Notes: generated from the sequence alone by a model not told the origin. Shown: positions 9,116-21,234, numbered from the stretch's first letter. The stretch: DNA of 32,000 nucleotides from Wallemia ichthyophaga EXF-994 (GCF_000400465.1 NW_008806282.1:330001-362000), one strand, 5' to 3'. Numbers and translations: made by a program.

Positions 9116-12100
9116 TTAAACAATTGAACGCAAACCAGTACATTGCGCACCAACCTTATTTACACCCGTCAACGCACAAAGTGAGCCGCTATAATTGGCG
9201 TGATAGACAGCACCAGTGTAAGCATCCTCAACAACATCCTCATCTTGATGAACAGGAGTGAGTGAAGCAGGACAAACGCGGAAATGAACCTTGTCGTCAA
9301 AGTCTACTTGGATCGTAGAGCGTGGATTACGATCAGCACCATTAACTTGACTCTTAGCTTTTGCAACTACATTAGCTGCTGTTGGTGATAAGTCAAGTAA
9401 CTTTTTTGCAAAATATCCAGCTGTAATTGTGTTACCAGCTTTCTCAAATGAATTAGCTGCAGATCTAAGCGCTAATTGTGAATGTGCTGGTTGTAATTCA
9501 CATTCAGCAAAGTATGCTGCTAATTCAAGTATGCGCTTCACATTGTTTGGCTCCTCTGCAACTAATCTTCTCCTCTCAATTTCAAGTGTGAGTCCAATCA
9601 AGTATTCACGTGAAACGTTGATTATATCACGGATCTGTGAATTGTATGAGTATTTAAACACATAAAATCCATCAAGCTCACATCATTTGTTTCTTCTTGG
9701 CTCGAAACTGAAACCAACAAGAGTTGAATCAAAATACTCTTGAATGCAGCTGCTGATTCCACAAATTTACCAGCCTTAAACAATCTGTATCCTTCTTGGA
9801 GCTCATTTGAAGCTATGGATTGCAGACTTAAAGTTCCTGTGGCAGGTAAATAGCTCTTTGGATCCGTTGTTCTTGGATCACGGCGCAAGTAGACAGTGAA
9901 GGGTGATTGATTGGCATTTGCAGGAGCGTATAATCTAGAAGATTGATATATTTCCATAAATAATGGCTTCAATGGCTCGAAATTAACAGCTCCGACTTGA
10001 CGATGTAGCAATTGCATAGCGCTATCAAATGATCCCGCTGCGATATGATCGGCCGCCAATGGTGAGTTTCTAGTCCAAAGCTCTGCTTCCGATTTACCTG
10101 GCTCGGCTGCAATTGCTTCTTCAGCAGTTATGTTATCTGATACTTCATTTGGAGCGTTCACAAACTCATCCTCATCTTCTTCGGGCTCTTCAACTGGAAC
10201 GTCTTCGTCACTGAGATCCCAAGCATCACCCTCTTCTGCCTGTTCCACAACTCCTTCGTCCATTGGTGCATCAGCTCCACCAACGTATTCTTCTGGGTTT
10301 GCCCATTCATCCAGCGTGTCCAATTCGTTCACATCTTCAGCTTGATCAAGCACCTTCTCTAATGCCTTGTCAAAGTAGCTTTCTTGACTGCTGAGTGATG
10401 GCCAGTTCTCTTCGTATGTCTTGTGTACCACTGCCGGTGGCTGTAACTGACTTTGAGTAGCAGGTATCTTAGCCAATTTACCTTGGTCTACACCTTTCAT
10501 ACCCGCAATTTCATCGGCAAGATCATTTAATCCATTCGATTTGGCTGTCATGTATGCTAATGGAAGCATTCCGACGTCTATCAGTATTCTTGCGCGTGCT
10601 TCCGCATCACCAAGGTAAAGAGAGTTGTGGAATCTAGACATTTGATCACCGCGCATGTCAGCAATCTTCTGCATTTTCTTCAGCTTTTCCGCATGTCCAG
10701 TTGTGAGGTATAAGAAAGATAACTTATCAAAGTTCTTCGTTTTTTGGTATGCGATTTCAACAATCTAGAAGTAAAATGAGTGAGTAGAGTAAATTGAATT
10801 AAAATGACGAACCTTGTGATTACCCTGTTTGAGAGCTTGTTGACTCAAGCGCTCCCATACGTCTTCTCTGTCAATACCTTTGGCTTCCTCGAGAGCGACA
10901 TCCAAGTTGCCACATTCAATAGCGAGATCAAACCTGGTAGATTTGTCTTGTACAAAGTGTAGTGCAATCTAAGTTACATCAGTGAGCTAAAGTTTTTCAC
11001 CAAGTCAATGACCCACCTCAGGATAACCTTTTCTTTGAAGGTAAGCTATAATACTTTGACCGACTAGAGTGCTTGTTCTAATAATGTGCAATACTTCATC
11101 ATACTTTCCTTTAATAAGGGCCAATTTGAATCTGTATTCAGTTGGATCAATCTCAATTTGTCTTGGTTTAGCTGAACGATCAAGACAGTAAGCGGTTTTG
11201 CCTTTAACCTTCACAAGGTAGACAGGTTGTTGTAGTGTCTTGATGATGCCATTGTCACCTTGTGGTAAAGCGTACTTGATATGGTTGAGAGTGGTGTAAA
11301 TTAATATTCCATTCTCATCAAATGAAGCACTCTTGATTCTGATGGTTTCATGGATGAGACTACTTGATGTAAGAGTTTTATTGGTCAAAGTGATTGTGTG
11401 CTTGCTGAGCAAAGCAACCATTGAACCGTCAGCACTCCAGACAACATACTTGACAGGTGGACAATTAAGCTCGGATAAAATCTTTTGTTGTTGAATTTCG
11501 AACAAAACAACCTGAGTTGGACCTGCGAGGATAAGGGTTGCAGTGCCACCGTAAAAGATTTCATTTGTTTGAACGGGGCACTTGACAGATTTGGTCATGT
11601 TGTTACTCAAATCTCTGATTTCGATGGATTGATCTTCCTTGTTGAGTACTGCGATTCTGTTGCGTGCCACAAACACAGCGTTTTGACCGGCTCCGCGCTT
11701 ACCATCAATAGACGAGTCAGGCAAATCGTTCTCATTAGGGAGATATCTAGGGAGAGTAGCCAAATCATAAGAACCGCCATCTGCTGGCTAAGAAGTTTGT
11801 CAGGTAACGTTGAATGCAAGTGATTAACTTACAGATGCGACAAGCACACCTTTCTCGGCTGGGTTAAAACTGAGGGAACGAGGTGGAGTGTAAGCATTGC
11901 CGAGCTTCTTGATAGAGAGCAATGCAGCATCAGAGCCAGTAGACAAGTCGTGCTGGCGAATAACCTTGTCACGGACATAGTAGAGCGTGTTTTGGTGAAG
12001 AGAAAACGCGGGCCTTTCACGCTCGAGTTTGAAGACGATGAGACCGTTGTCATGACCAGCAGCGAAGAGGTTGAGCTCTGGGTGAACAGTGAGAACCCAG

Positions 12101-13048
12101 AACCTATCGTGTTCCCTTCTAAAGGTCTGAACAGCGGCGCGTTTAGACATATCCCAGACCCTGATAGTTTTGTCCTCGCCGTTTGAGATAATGAGCTCGT
12201 GACGTGGGTGGAAGAGGGCGGATGAGACGTTGTTAAAGTGGCCACGGCAGGTATCGACTTCCCAGGCCTTGGTATCAGACATTCTCCAAAGCTTGATTTG
12301 GCGATCGTCGCCAGCCGAGAGGATGAGAGGGAGAGAAGGGTGGAAGGTGACCCAGTTGACACCGCGGTCATGGCCTTCTAACACGAATTTGGTGGTAGCG
12401 TCCATACTGCCAAACAAGTCAGACTGCCCAGCGTTGGCTCTTTGCATCTGCTCCTCTAAAGACATGGGGAAAGCGGTGGTGTTCTTCTTCCTGAGGCCGG
12501 AGATATCCCAGACACGAACGGTCTGGTCCATGGAGGCGGAAACGACGAGATCGTCGGTAGGATGCCACTGCGCACACATGATGTAGTGATTGTGGCCGGT
12601 GAGGATCGCGATACAGGTCCTCGACTGCCAGTTCCAAATCCTAATAGTCTGGTCGTCCGACGCGGTGAGGATCCACGGGTGGGTGTGGTGGAAGAAGACG
12701 GTGCGCACGTAGTCCAAGTGGCCGTGGAGGGTGAACAGGCAGCGACGCGTCTTGTAGTTCCACACTTTAACCTTGTAATCGTCGCCGCCGCTTGCGAGAA
12801 GCGGCTGTGTGTTGTGGAACGAGATACCACGTACTGGACCTGCAAAGGCGTAAGCGGGAGATAAACGCCGGGAAAAGACGAGTACCATCGTGCTGATCGA
12901 ACCTATCGACCAGGGTGCCCATCTGATAATTCCACAGCTGTATTGAGCCGTTGTGGAGACTCGCAGCGAGCAACGGCTGGGTCGGGTGGAATGCCACGCC
13001 TTTAACTCTGTTGGATTTGGATTCAAATTTTGTGAGTAAATTTAGCAT
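9116..13048 (-). CDS. COP1: Coatomer subunit alpha (COPI), multi-exon
   Basis: Starts [27 protein letters not shown]40 repeats ([43 protein letters not shown]), [22 protein letters not shown], and the C-terminal [15 protein letters not shown]...GLR. Confidence 0.97.
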
Positions 13049-13114
13049 TTGATCTTGTTGATATGGAACCAACCAACTCATCTATTCGAGCTGAGCTGTC
13101 CAACTGCGACCGTC

Positions 13115-15894
13115 ATGGAAAATAATGTTGCGTATTGCTTATTAGCCGAGTTCGATATAGATCAAGGCTCTACGTGGGTTTATTTTGTTGTTTTATTATT
13201 TTATTGGGCTTTCTAACTCCCCCAAGGCTCTCGCAGCAGTATCCATTCCCAACTGGCACCGACGAACAGTGAGGCGTGTCTCGGCATCCTCCCCGCGCTC
13301 ACTCTCCTCAGTCTGCTTGCAGATCTCATGATACCCGAGGGCGCCCACGACCAGCACGAGGACTGGACTATCTTCTTCCTCAACCAGACTCCCGCGAACA
13401 CGATTGCTCCTCCCCTCGACTCGGAAGCTCCGACACCTTTTGCCAGACACCGAAGAACTTACTCCAGGCTCGTTCCTCACCAAGACCATCCCAAGCCCCA
13501 GCTTCTTCATGTCCTTAATCTCGTCAGGACCAAGAAGGACGACTCCGTGCCGAGGTCCGTTCTGGTTCCCCCTTGAACTTGCGCTGATCGATCAACAGGG
13601 GCGCCCTCGTCAAAGCTCTCGCCATTTGCTCGAAACAGCCGTATATCCACATCTACAAGCCAATCCTTCTTCTCGCTTTGGAGGACTACTTCCAGTCTGG
13701 CTCCCCTTCTATTCTCGCTCGCCTCTATGACGCTATCAACAATATGAGCACCTCTGCCGTTCCCCCTATTTCCCGCTCTGAAAAGATGATTCTCCGCGCT
13801 GCTCCTGATAGGAAAGATCTCTTTGCCGAAAAGTGGTCTCATTTCTTCTTTAAGCGTCAGTCTGATGACTCGGATGCGTTTAATCCCATGTTTCATGTCG
13901 ACATGTCCCGCAACAGACGCTCCTCCTCCAATTCTAAGGCTGTCAACTCTCTCGAGGAAGAGTTCGAGGAGAAGCTCAAGCGGACTAGTATCGGCGCCTC
14001 AGAGCAGCAGTCACTCAATGGCCCAAACCAGTCTTTTATTGGTCAGTCTCTCTTTATCTATCCGATATCGCTGACCTCAACTCAAGAGACAATGCCGGTA
14101 GACACCCACTACTTCAAAACTTCTATTAGCTATATGAATGTCGACTACAAAAGTATTTCTCTCCCAACGCGCGTTCCGCTGTCTACATTTGATGAAGAGA
14201 TTGGTGACGTAGGTGATCAGTAGCTTTTTTACACTCTAACCCAGCCTAGTATTCTATCATCAATCTCATTCAAACATTCTCTGCACATCCAGTGCCCCCA
14301 TCACCCATGCATCCTCATCTCCACACAAGCGGTACATCCACTCACCCAATCATTTTACTTTTCAATGCTCTCATCACACAAAAGCGCGTCGTCTTTCTAG
14401 GGTATGGCAAGCCGGCAAGTCTAGTTACCAACTTTGTTCTCGCTGCTTGCGCACTTGTCAGCGGTGGTGGTGGTGTTCTCAGAGGTTTCATTGAACGTGC
14501 TTTTCCATACACTTGCTTGAAAGATTTGGATAACTTTTTAATCATGTGCGTAGGACCTTAATTTGGCGTATTTGCTAAATTGTCTTAGTCCGGGTTACAT
14601 CGCTGGTGTAACAAACCCCCGTTTCGAAGACAATCATGGATGGTGGGATGTTCTCTTCAATATAAACACGGGTAAAGTTATCGTCTCATCTCAAATTGAA
14701 CCGGTTAGCGTGCTAAAATCTAACATATTATCTTCACCCTCATCTATTCCAAACTACCATAGTCCAAATAGTGGCATCAGTAGCCAATTTAAATCTCCAA
14801 GTTCAACGATACCATCGTCAGTCGTTATGAATCATTCTTCGTCGTCTGGAAGCGCGAGCCAGTCTACTCACTCTAACAATCACAATTTGAGCTCCCCTCC
14901 ATCTTGGTCAAAGCTTGGAATGTCGGACAGTTTCTCTAGCGCCATGTCAAATACTTCTGATGATGGCTCTATTTCAACATCTCAGAGGAACGACAACAGC
15001 CATCGCGAGTCTTCGGATAATATATTTATGAATGAGGTGGGTACAAACATACTCAGTTGACCTTGTTGGCTAATACTAATTAGATTATGGCTCTTATTAA
15101 TGAGCATTATGGAGAAGCTCACATAAGAGCTCGATTTACTGATTTAGTATCGTCCTTCGTCAGAATGGCGTCAAGATATGAGGAAGAGGCTTCTGCAATT
15201 GGGTGTACATCAATTGGATTTTCATCGCATCCATTTTCAGATGGTCTACTCGGAAGTGGGACCGTTTTCAACGATGAGAGTAGTCGTGTACGTGAACTGT
15301 CTGCTAATGCTTTCCGGATTGAAGGGTGGCAGGACACAGCGACGTATAAAAATTACAGACATGTGAGTTGGTCTTACGCGCTGACTTTGCTAATCTTGTT
15401 ATGCTAGGATTTTCAACAGTACTTGAAGAATCGCGCTATAAAGGACATAGACGTCGCCCACCAAATAAACAGACTGAGAACAGCGAGAGCGATGCATCCG
15501 TCTGAAGCACAAATGATATATCAGTTCTTAGCGCAAAACACAGAAACGTATGATCAAGTCGTAGAGGTGAGTTGATTTGATTTCAGTTTACTGTCCCGAC
15601 TTTGACTGACATTGGCGAAGATTGTAGAGCAGCTACCGCCTCATCTAGATGGACTGCTGCCATTAGGGTTCGGTCTCATTCATCCACACAAATCCGTGAG
15701 AGAAGCAGCAATGGACTTCTTCATCAAGCTTCAGACATACCCGGTGAGTGTTTGGTTCAAGCTCTCGTGCTCTGCTTACTCTGGTCTAGTTAGGAAACCT
15801 TCTTTTGAGTTCTTTGAATGCCTTCTACAGGCTGGCCTTAATGAGACAGATAGAGCACCGCTATGTAACAAACTCAGCTCAACAAGGGAAATAA
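13115..15894 (+). CDS. AFI1: Afi1/MesA-family DENN-like polarity protein, multi-exon
   Basis: Starts [20 protein letters not shown]; [56 protein letters not shown] and [12 protein letters not shown]. Last exon 15790-15894 ([19 protein letters not shown]...K*). Confidence 0.85.
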
Positions 15895-16276
15895 TTTAGT
15901 TCACACGTGTATTTATTTATTTGTATTATTAGTCTATTAATTTAAAAACCATCTAATACTGCTAACCACTTTATGCTCAATGGAATATATGTAGTTATTA
16001 CAAGTGCAGCTCGCTTGGCTGGACGGTAAAGCGGCTGGAAAGGGTGACGATTTAGCAAAGACATGCTAGCTTAGACGGTCACACCGACTGCTTACTCTAT
16101 CTGCGACTCGGATAAAGATCAATGACGACCCTCAGGACGACTATATGAGATCGCAAGGGGATTTGGAATTTCACTACAGTATGGTAATCTTTCAAGTAGT
16201 ATTGATCACTACATATATTTTAATCTACTCAGGTTACCGTGCAATGGCCCAGTAAGTGAGAAAAATGAGCGCAGCC

Positions 16277-16346
16277 TATCAGTTTTATGTGGTTAAGGAA
16301 TGATTAGAGGCCTAGGGGATAAAACATCCTTTGCCTATTCTCAAAC
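16277..16346 (+). pseudogene. Diverged fragment resembling cytoplasmic LSU (25S/28S) rRNA, helix-38 region; copy 1
   Basis: Contains TATCAGTTTTATG, GAATGATTAGAGG and CCTATTCTCAAAC in the order and spacing I recall for fungal 25S rRNA. Identified from memory, not by search. Confidence 0.75.
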
Positions 16347-17543
16347 CTTTGAAAAGCTCAATTGTTATTTCTACCGGAAATAATATAATATTGCCAGTCT
16401 TAGATCCCTGGCGTTCCATATTGCACCCTGCACGCTGATCGGAAGCAATGGTCCTAGAGCGTTCTAGAGTACGTTATAGCAAAGATACAGAGGATATCAT
16501 GTGATTAACCGATGGATACAAATCTAACTTATAGAGACCTCAAATGCTTAAATATCTCAAGTGTTCGGCCCTATAAACGCGTAAAACGTTCTACGTCGCG
16601 TGGCCTCTAAAGGAATCAAACCTAGCACCAGGAAAAAGATATTGCTATTTCGCCTCACTAAACGCCTTGTAGAAGTGATTTAGGTATAGAAAAGTGAGGG
16701 TCATTAAAACTCTGAAATCGTGGGGTTTGGCTTGACCAAATGCATTTCGAAATTTCATAGAATGAGGGTGGAGAGCTGATGAAGACTGCGCTGGGAACTT
16801 TAAAGTCTGGATAGTAGGAAATGGCAATTTTCAAATACCGTACTGTAATTCCTGCAATGTAGCAAAAGTTGTTTAACCATTACCGAGCGCTAGTATATGA
16901 ACATTTTCAACATTATAACACACCCACCCGCTAAAAGATGACATCAATATTGATCAACTTTGCTTTGATCCAGGCACTCTTCATTTCACATGTAATTCTA
17001 TGTCTCTAAGCCTGGTATGGACTTTGGCGCGGAGGTTGAAATGATTGGCGTTGGTGTTAGGAAACCTTCTTTTGAGTTCTTTGAATGCCTTCTACAGGCT
17101 GGCCTTAATGAGACAGATAGAGCACCGCTATGTAACAAACTCAGCTCAACAAGGGAAATAATTTAGTTCACACGTGTATTTATTTATTTGTATTATTAGT
17201 CTATTAATTTAAAAACCATCTAATACTGCTAACCACTTTATGCTCAATGGAATATATGTAGTTATTACAAGTGCAGCTCGCTTGGCTGGACGGTAAAGCG
17301 GCTGGAAAGGGTGACGATTTAGCAAAGACATGCTAGCTTAGACGGTCACACCGACTGCTTACTCTATCTGCGACTCGGATAAAGATCAATGACGACCCTC
17401 AGGACGACTATATGAGATCGCAAGGGGATTTGGAATTTCACTACAGTATGGTAATCTTTCAAGTAGTATTGATCACTACATATATTTTAATCTACTCAGG
17501 TTACCGTGCAATGGCCCAGTAAGTGAGAAAAATGAGCGCAGCC

Positions 17544-17613
17544 TATCAGTTTTATGTGGTTAAGGAATGATTAGAGGCCTAGGGGATAAAACATCCTTTG
17601 CCTATTCTCAAAC
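17544..17613 (+). pseudogene. LSU rRNA-like fragment; copy 2
   Basis: Same sequence as 16277-16346, carried by the 1267-bp duplication. Confidence 0.75.
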
Positions 17614-18633
17614 CTTTGAAAAGCTCAATTGTTATTTCTACCGGAAATAATATAATATTGCCAGTCTTAGATCCCTGGCGTTCCATATTGCACCCTGCAC
17701 GCTGATCGGAAGCAATGGTCCTAGAGCGTTCTAGAGTACGTTATAGCAAAGATACAGAGGATATCATGTGATTAACCGATGGATACAAATCTAACTTATA
17801 GAGACCTCAAATGCTTAAATATCTCAAGTGTTCGGCCCTATAAACGCGTAAAACGTTCTACGTCGCGTGGCCTCTAAAGGAATCAAACCTAGCACCAGGA
17901 AAAAGATATTGCTATTTCGCCTCACTAAACGCCTTGTAGAAGTGATTTAGGTATAGAAAAGTGAGGGTCATTAAAACTCTGAAATCGTGGGGTTTGGCTT
18001 GACCAAATGCATTTCGAAATTTCATAGAATGAGGGTGGAGAGCTGATGAAGACTGCGCTGGGAACTTTAAAGTCTGGATAGTAGGAAATGGCAATTTTCA
18101 AATACCGTACTGTAATTCCTGCAATGTAGCAAAAGTTGTTTAACCATTACCGAGCGCTAGTATATGAACATTTTCAACATTATAACACACCCACCCGCTA
18201 AAAGATGACATCAATATTGATCAACTTTGCTTTGATCCAGGCACTCTTCATTTCACATGTAATTCTATGTCTCTAAGCCTGGTATGGACTTTGGCGCGGA
18301 GGTTGAAATGATTGGCGTTGGTGTAACAGGATAAGGAAACGCAACTGGCATGACAATCATGTCAGTTTGGTAACAAATTAGGACTCATAAGGTTGATGTG
18401 GAAATGTACAGAAACCTCGAACACATCTTATCGAAAAGCTTGTGTCTGATGTCACCCAGGAACCATACAGCGCGCGATTCGAGCTTGCTCACCCTAACCC
18501 CCAAAAAGCACACATATGTTTACAAGCCTTAGATGAGAAGAAAGGTATGGAACACAATGTATTCATTGCACAAAGTCAGAGTCGAATTTGCCGATAATGC
18601 GGTATCAAGCGACGCGTCAAATCTATCTAAGCA

Positions 18634-19291
18634 CTTAGATCCCTGGCGTTCCATATTGCACCCTGCACGCTGATCGGAAGCAATGGTCCTAGAGCGTTCT
18701 AGAGTACGTTATAGCAAAGATACAGAGGATATCATGTGATTAACCGATGGATACAAATCTAACTTATAGAGACCTCAAATGCTTAAATATCTCAAGTGTT
18801 CGGCCCTATAAACGCGTAAAACGTTCTACGTCGCGTGGCCTCTAAAGGAATCAAACCTAGCACCAGGAAAAAGATATTGCTATTTCGCCTCACTAAACGC
18901 CTTGTAGAAGTGATTTAGGTATAGAAAAGTGAGGGTCATTAAAACTCTGAAATCGTGGGGTTTGGCTTGACCAAATGCATTTCGAAATTTCATAGAATGA
19001 GGGTGGAGAGCTGATGAAGACTGCGCTGGGAACTTTAAAGTCTGGATAGTAGGAAATGGCAATTTTCAAATACCGTACTGTAATTCCTGCAATGTAGCAA
19101 AAGTTGTTTAACCATTACCGAGCGCTAGTATATGAACATTTTCAACATTATAACACACCCACCCGCTAAAAGATGACATCAATATTGATCAACTTTGCTT
19201 TGATCCAGGCACTCTTCATTTCACATGTAATTCTATGTCTCTAAGCCTGGTATGGACTTTGGCGCGGAGGTTGAAATGATTGGCGTTGGTG
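18634..19291. repeat. Third copy of the ~658-bp block B
   Basis: CTTAGATCCCTGG...TTGGCGTTGGTG also occurs at 16399-17056 and 17666-18323. The small ORF offset from copy 2 is 968. Confidence 0.95.
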
Positions 19292-19540
19292 CAGGGACAA
19301 CTGTAGTGTAAAATGATGTAAAGCTGTTGAAGAACTCGAGTGCTTAAGATACACATAGCTACGCTGCTTTGAGCGTTTGCTGGATGATTACCTCATAGAG
19401 TGGATATAGAGCACCTCAATAACCGAAAGACATACTAAATATTTAAATCGCCATCAATGCGATGTAAAATGAATCAAAATAAATCATTATCGCTGTGGTT
19501 GTCCAGTCTGTCTCGATGACGCGTTCAACCTAAACCATCA

Positions 19541-21234
19541 ATGGCGGCAGAAGAAATCGAAATTGACCAAGCCGAGAAAGCGCCACAAGAAAACAGCAAG
19601 CAGGATGTGAAGCCTGTACAGACTGTTATCGATGGTTCGTACTTGCTATAGGTGTAAAATCTCAATTAACCACGCAGCAGAAATCAGACAGAATGCGTCT
19701 TTGATTGAGAGAGCTGTAATCACCACGGAATCTAGAATTACCAGCAGAGTCTTACGTACTTTGACTACGCTGCGTAAGAGACTAAGCGATGAGGTTCTTC
19801 TTCAGGCAATCCAGCAGCTGGGATGTGTGTACAATCTACGCAAATTTCGCTCAGCTAACAATCACACAAGCTCGCAAATACAAGACTCAGTTAATGCCAT
19901 ACCTCTCAAACGACATGCAAGTGGATTCGTCATTAGCCCAAACAAGCGAATCTGGCACTTTACCTGAAGTTGACATATATTTGTCTTTGCTGGTGCTTTT
20001 GCGACTAATTGACAAGCCAAATCTGAGCAGCGTAAGTATTGGTACCGACTTCGGGCGGATTTCTTTAACAGATTGTACAGGCCCTCGAGTTGGCAATAAC
20101 AACACTCAACAACATCCAGGCACTCAATAAAAGATCGTTTGATCCTCTTGCAGCCAAGGTCTGGTTCTATTACTACAGAATACACGAACTTCTCGGTCAA
20201 GAACAAGAATCACGTACTCAACTTTTAGCCGGTCAAAGAACAGCGGTGCTCAGAAAAGACACTGATTGCCAAGCAGTTATCCTCAACTGTCTTTTACGCT
20301 GCTACATCTCAGCTAAGGCATACGATCAAGCTGACAAGCTGATTGCCAAGTCAACATTCCCAGAAGGCGCAGGTAATCCACAGCTTGCCCGTTATCTGTA
20401 CTACCTTGGTCGCGTCAAGGCTGTTCAACTAAACTACAGTGACGCTCATCATAACTTGCAACAGGCAATCAGAAGAGCACCAAGCGGAAATATCGCACCA
20501 GGCTTCTTACAAAATGTTAGTATGAGATAATTTAGTGGGTATGATTTAATTAACACACTTGAAAGGCCTACAAGTTCTTTGTTGTGGTTGAGTTGTTGAT
20601 GGGAGACATACCAGAACGTTCGATATTCAAACAACAACTCCTTAAAGGCTCTTTGGAGAAGGGTGGCTACTTGGCTATCACACAGGCAGTCAGAGTTGGT
20701 GATTTATCACTCTTTGCAGATGCTTTATCGAAGCACAGTGACAGCTTCATACGTGACAGCACGTACACACTCATCCTGAGACTTAGACACAATGTTATCA
20801 GGACTGGATTACGTATGATCTCATTAGCTTATAGCCGTATTCCACTTGGGGACATATGCGCAAAGCTGAGACTTGATTCAGAGGAAGACGCAGAGTACAT
20901 AGTCGCGAAAGCAGCAAGAGAGGGAGTAATTGAAGCAACGATCAATCATCAACAAGGTTACATGGAGAGTAAGCAAGGAGGAAACATCTACGACACTGAA
21001 GAGCCACAAGTGCTGTTCAGACAAAGAATCCAATTCTGTATGGATCTTCATAACGACAGTGTCAAGGTAAGTAGAGAGAATGGGTATCAGAAATAAGCTG
21101 ATAATTTACAGGCGATGCGCTACCCACTTAAATCCAAGGACGATGATCTTGCCAAAGCGGAGGAAGCTAGAGAACGCGAATCGAGATTGATTAAGGAGAT
21201 TGAAGATGGTGATATTGGCAGAGGGGATGAATAG
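19541..21234 (+). CDS. RPN3: 26S proteasome lid subunit Rpn3, multi-exon
   Basis: IERAVITTESRITSRVLR, LNCLLRCYISAKAYDQADKL, ARYLYYLGRVKAVQLNYSDAH, RLRHNVIRTGLRMISLAYSRI, RIQFCMDLHNDSVK and AMRYP. Confidence 0.97.

Larger units (their letters stand above)
15789..18322. repeat. Tandem direct duplication of a 1267-bp unit (A+B)
   Basis: 15789-17055 is repeated at 17056-18322. Both copies begin GTTAGGAAACCTTC, and the same small ORF recurs at 16645 and 17912 (offset 1267). No differences were seen by eye. Confidence 0.95.

Noticed and set aside
9429-13081. Plus-strand ORFs antisense to COP1, and similar shadow ORFs opposite RPN3, DNAJC3 and NUF2
   Set aside because: Shadow frames of well-supported genes with no independent motifs.
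16536-16558. GACCTCAAAT...CTTAAATATC in block B, resembling the 5' end of LSU rRNA
   Set aside because: Only a 10-nt exact match and the spacing is wrong. Worth rechecking only if cmsearch confirms the helix-38 fragment.
16645-19062. 60-aa ORF MPFPTIQ... appearing three times
   Set aside because: It recurs only because it lies in block B, has no ATG start (alternative start codon) and resembles no known protein.
16399-19291. Block B as an LTR, Helitron or CRISPR-like repeat
   Set aside because: No TG...CA termini, PBS/PPT or TSD; no TC...CTRR ends; the unit is far too long for CRISPR, there are no cas genes and the context is eukaryotic.
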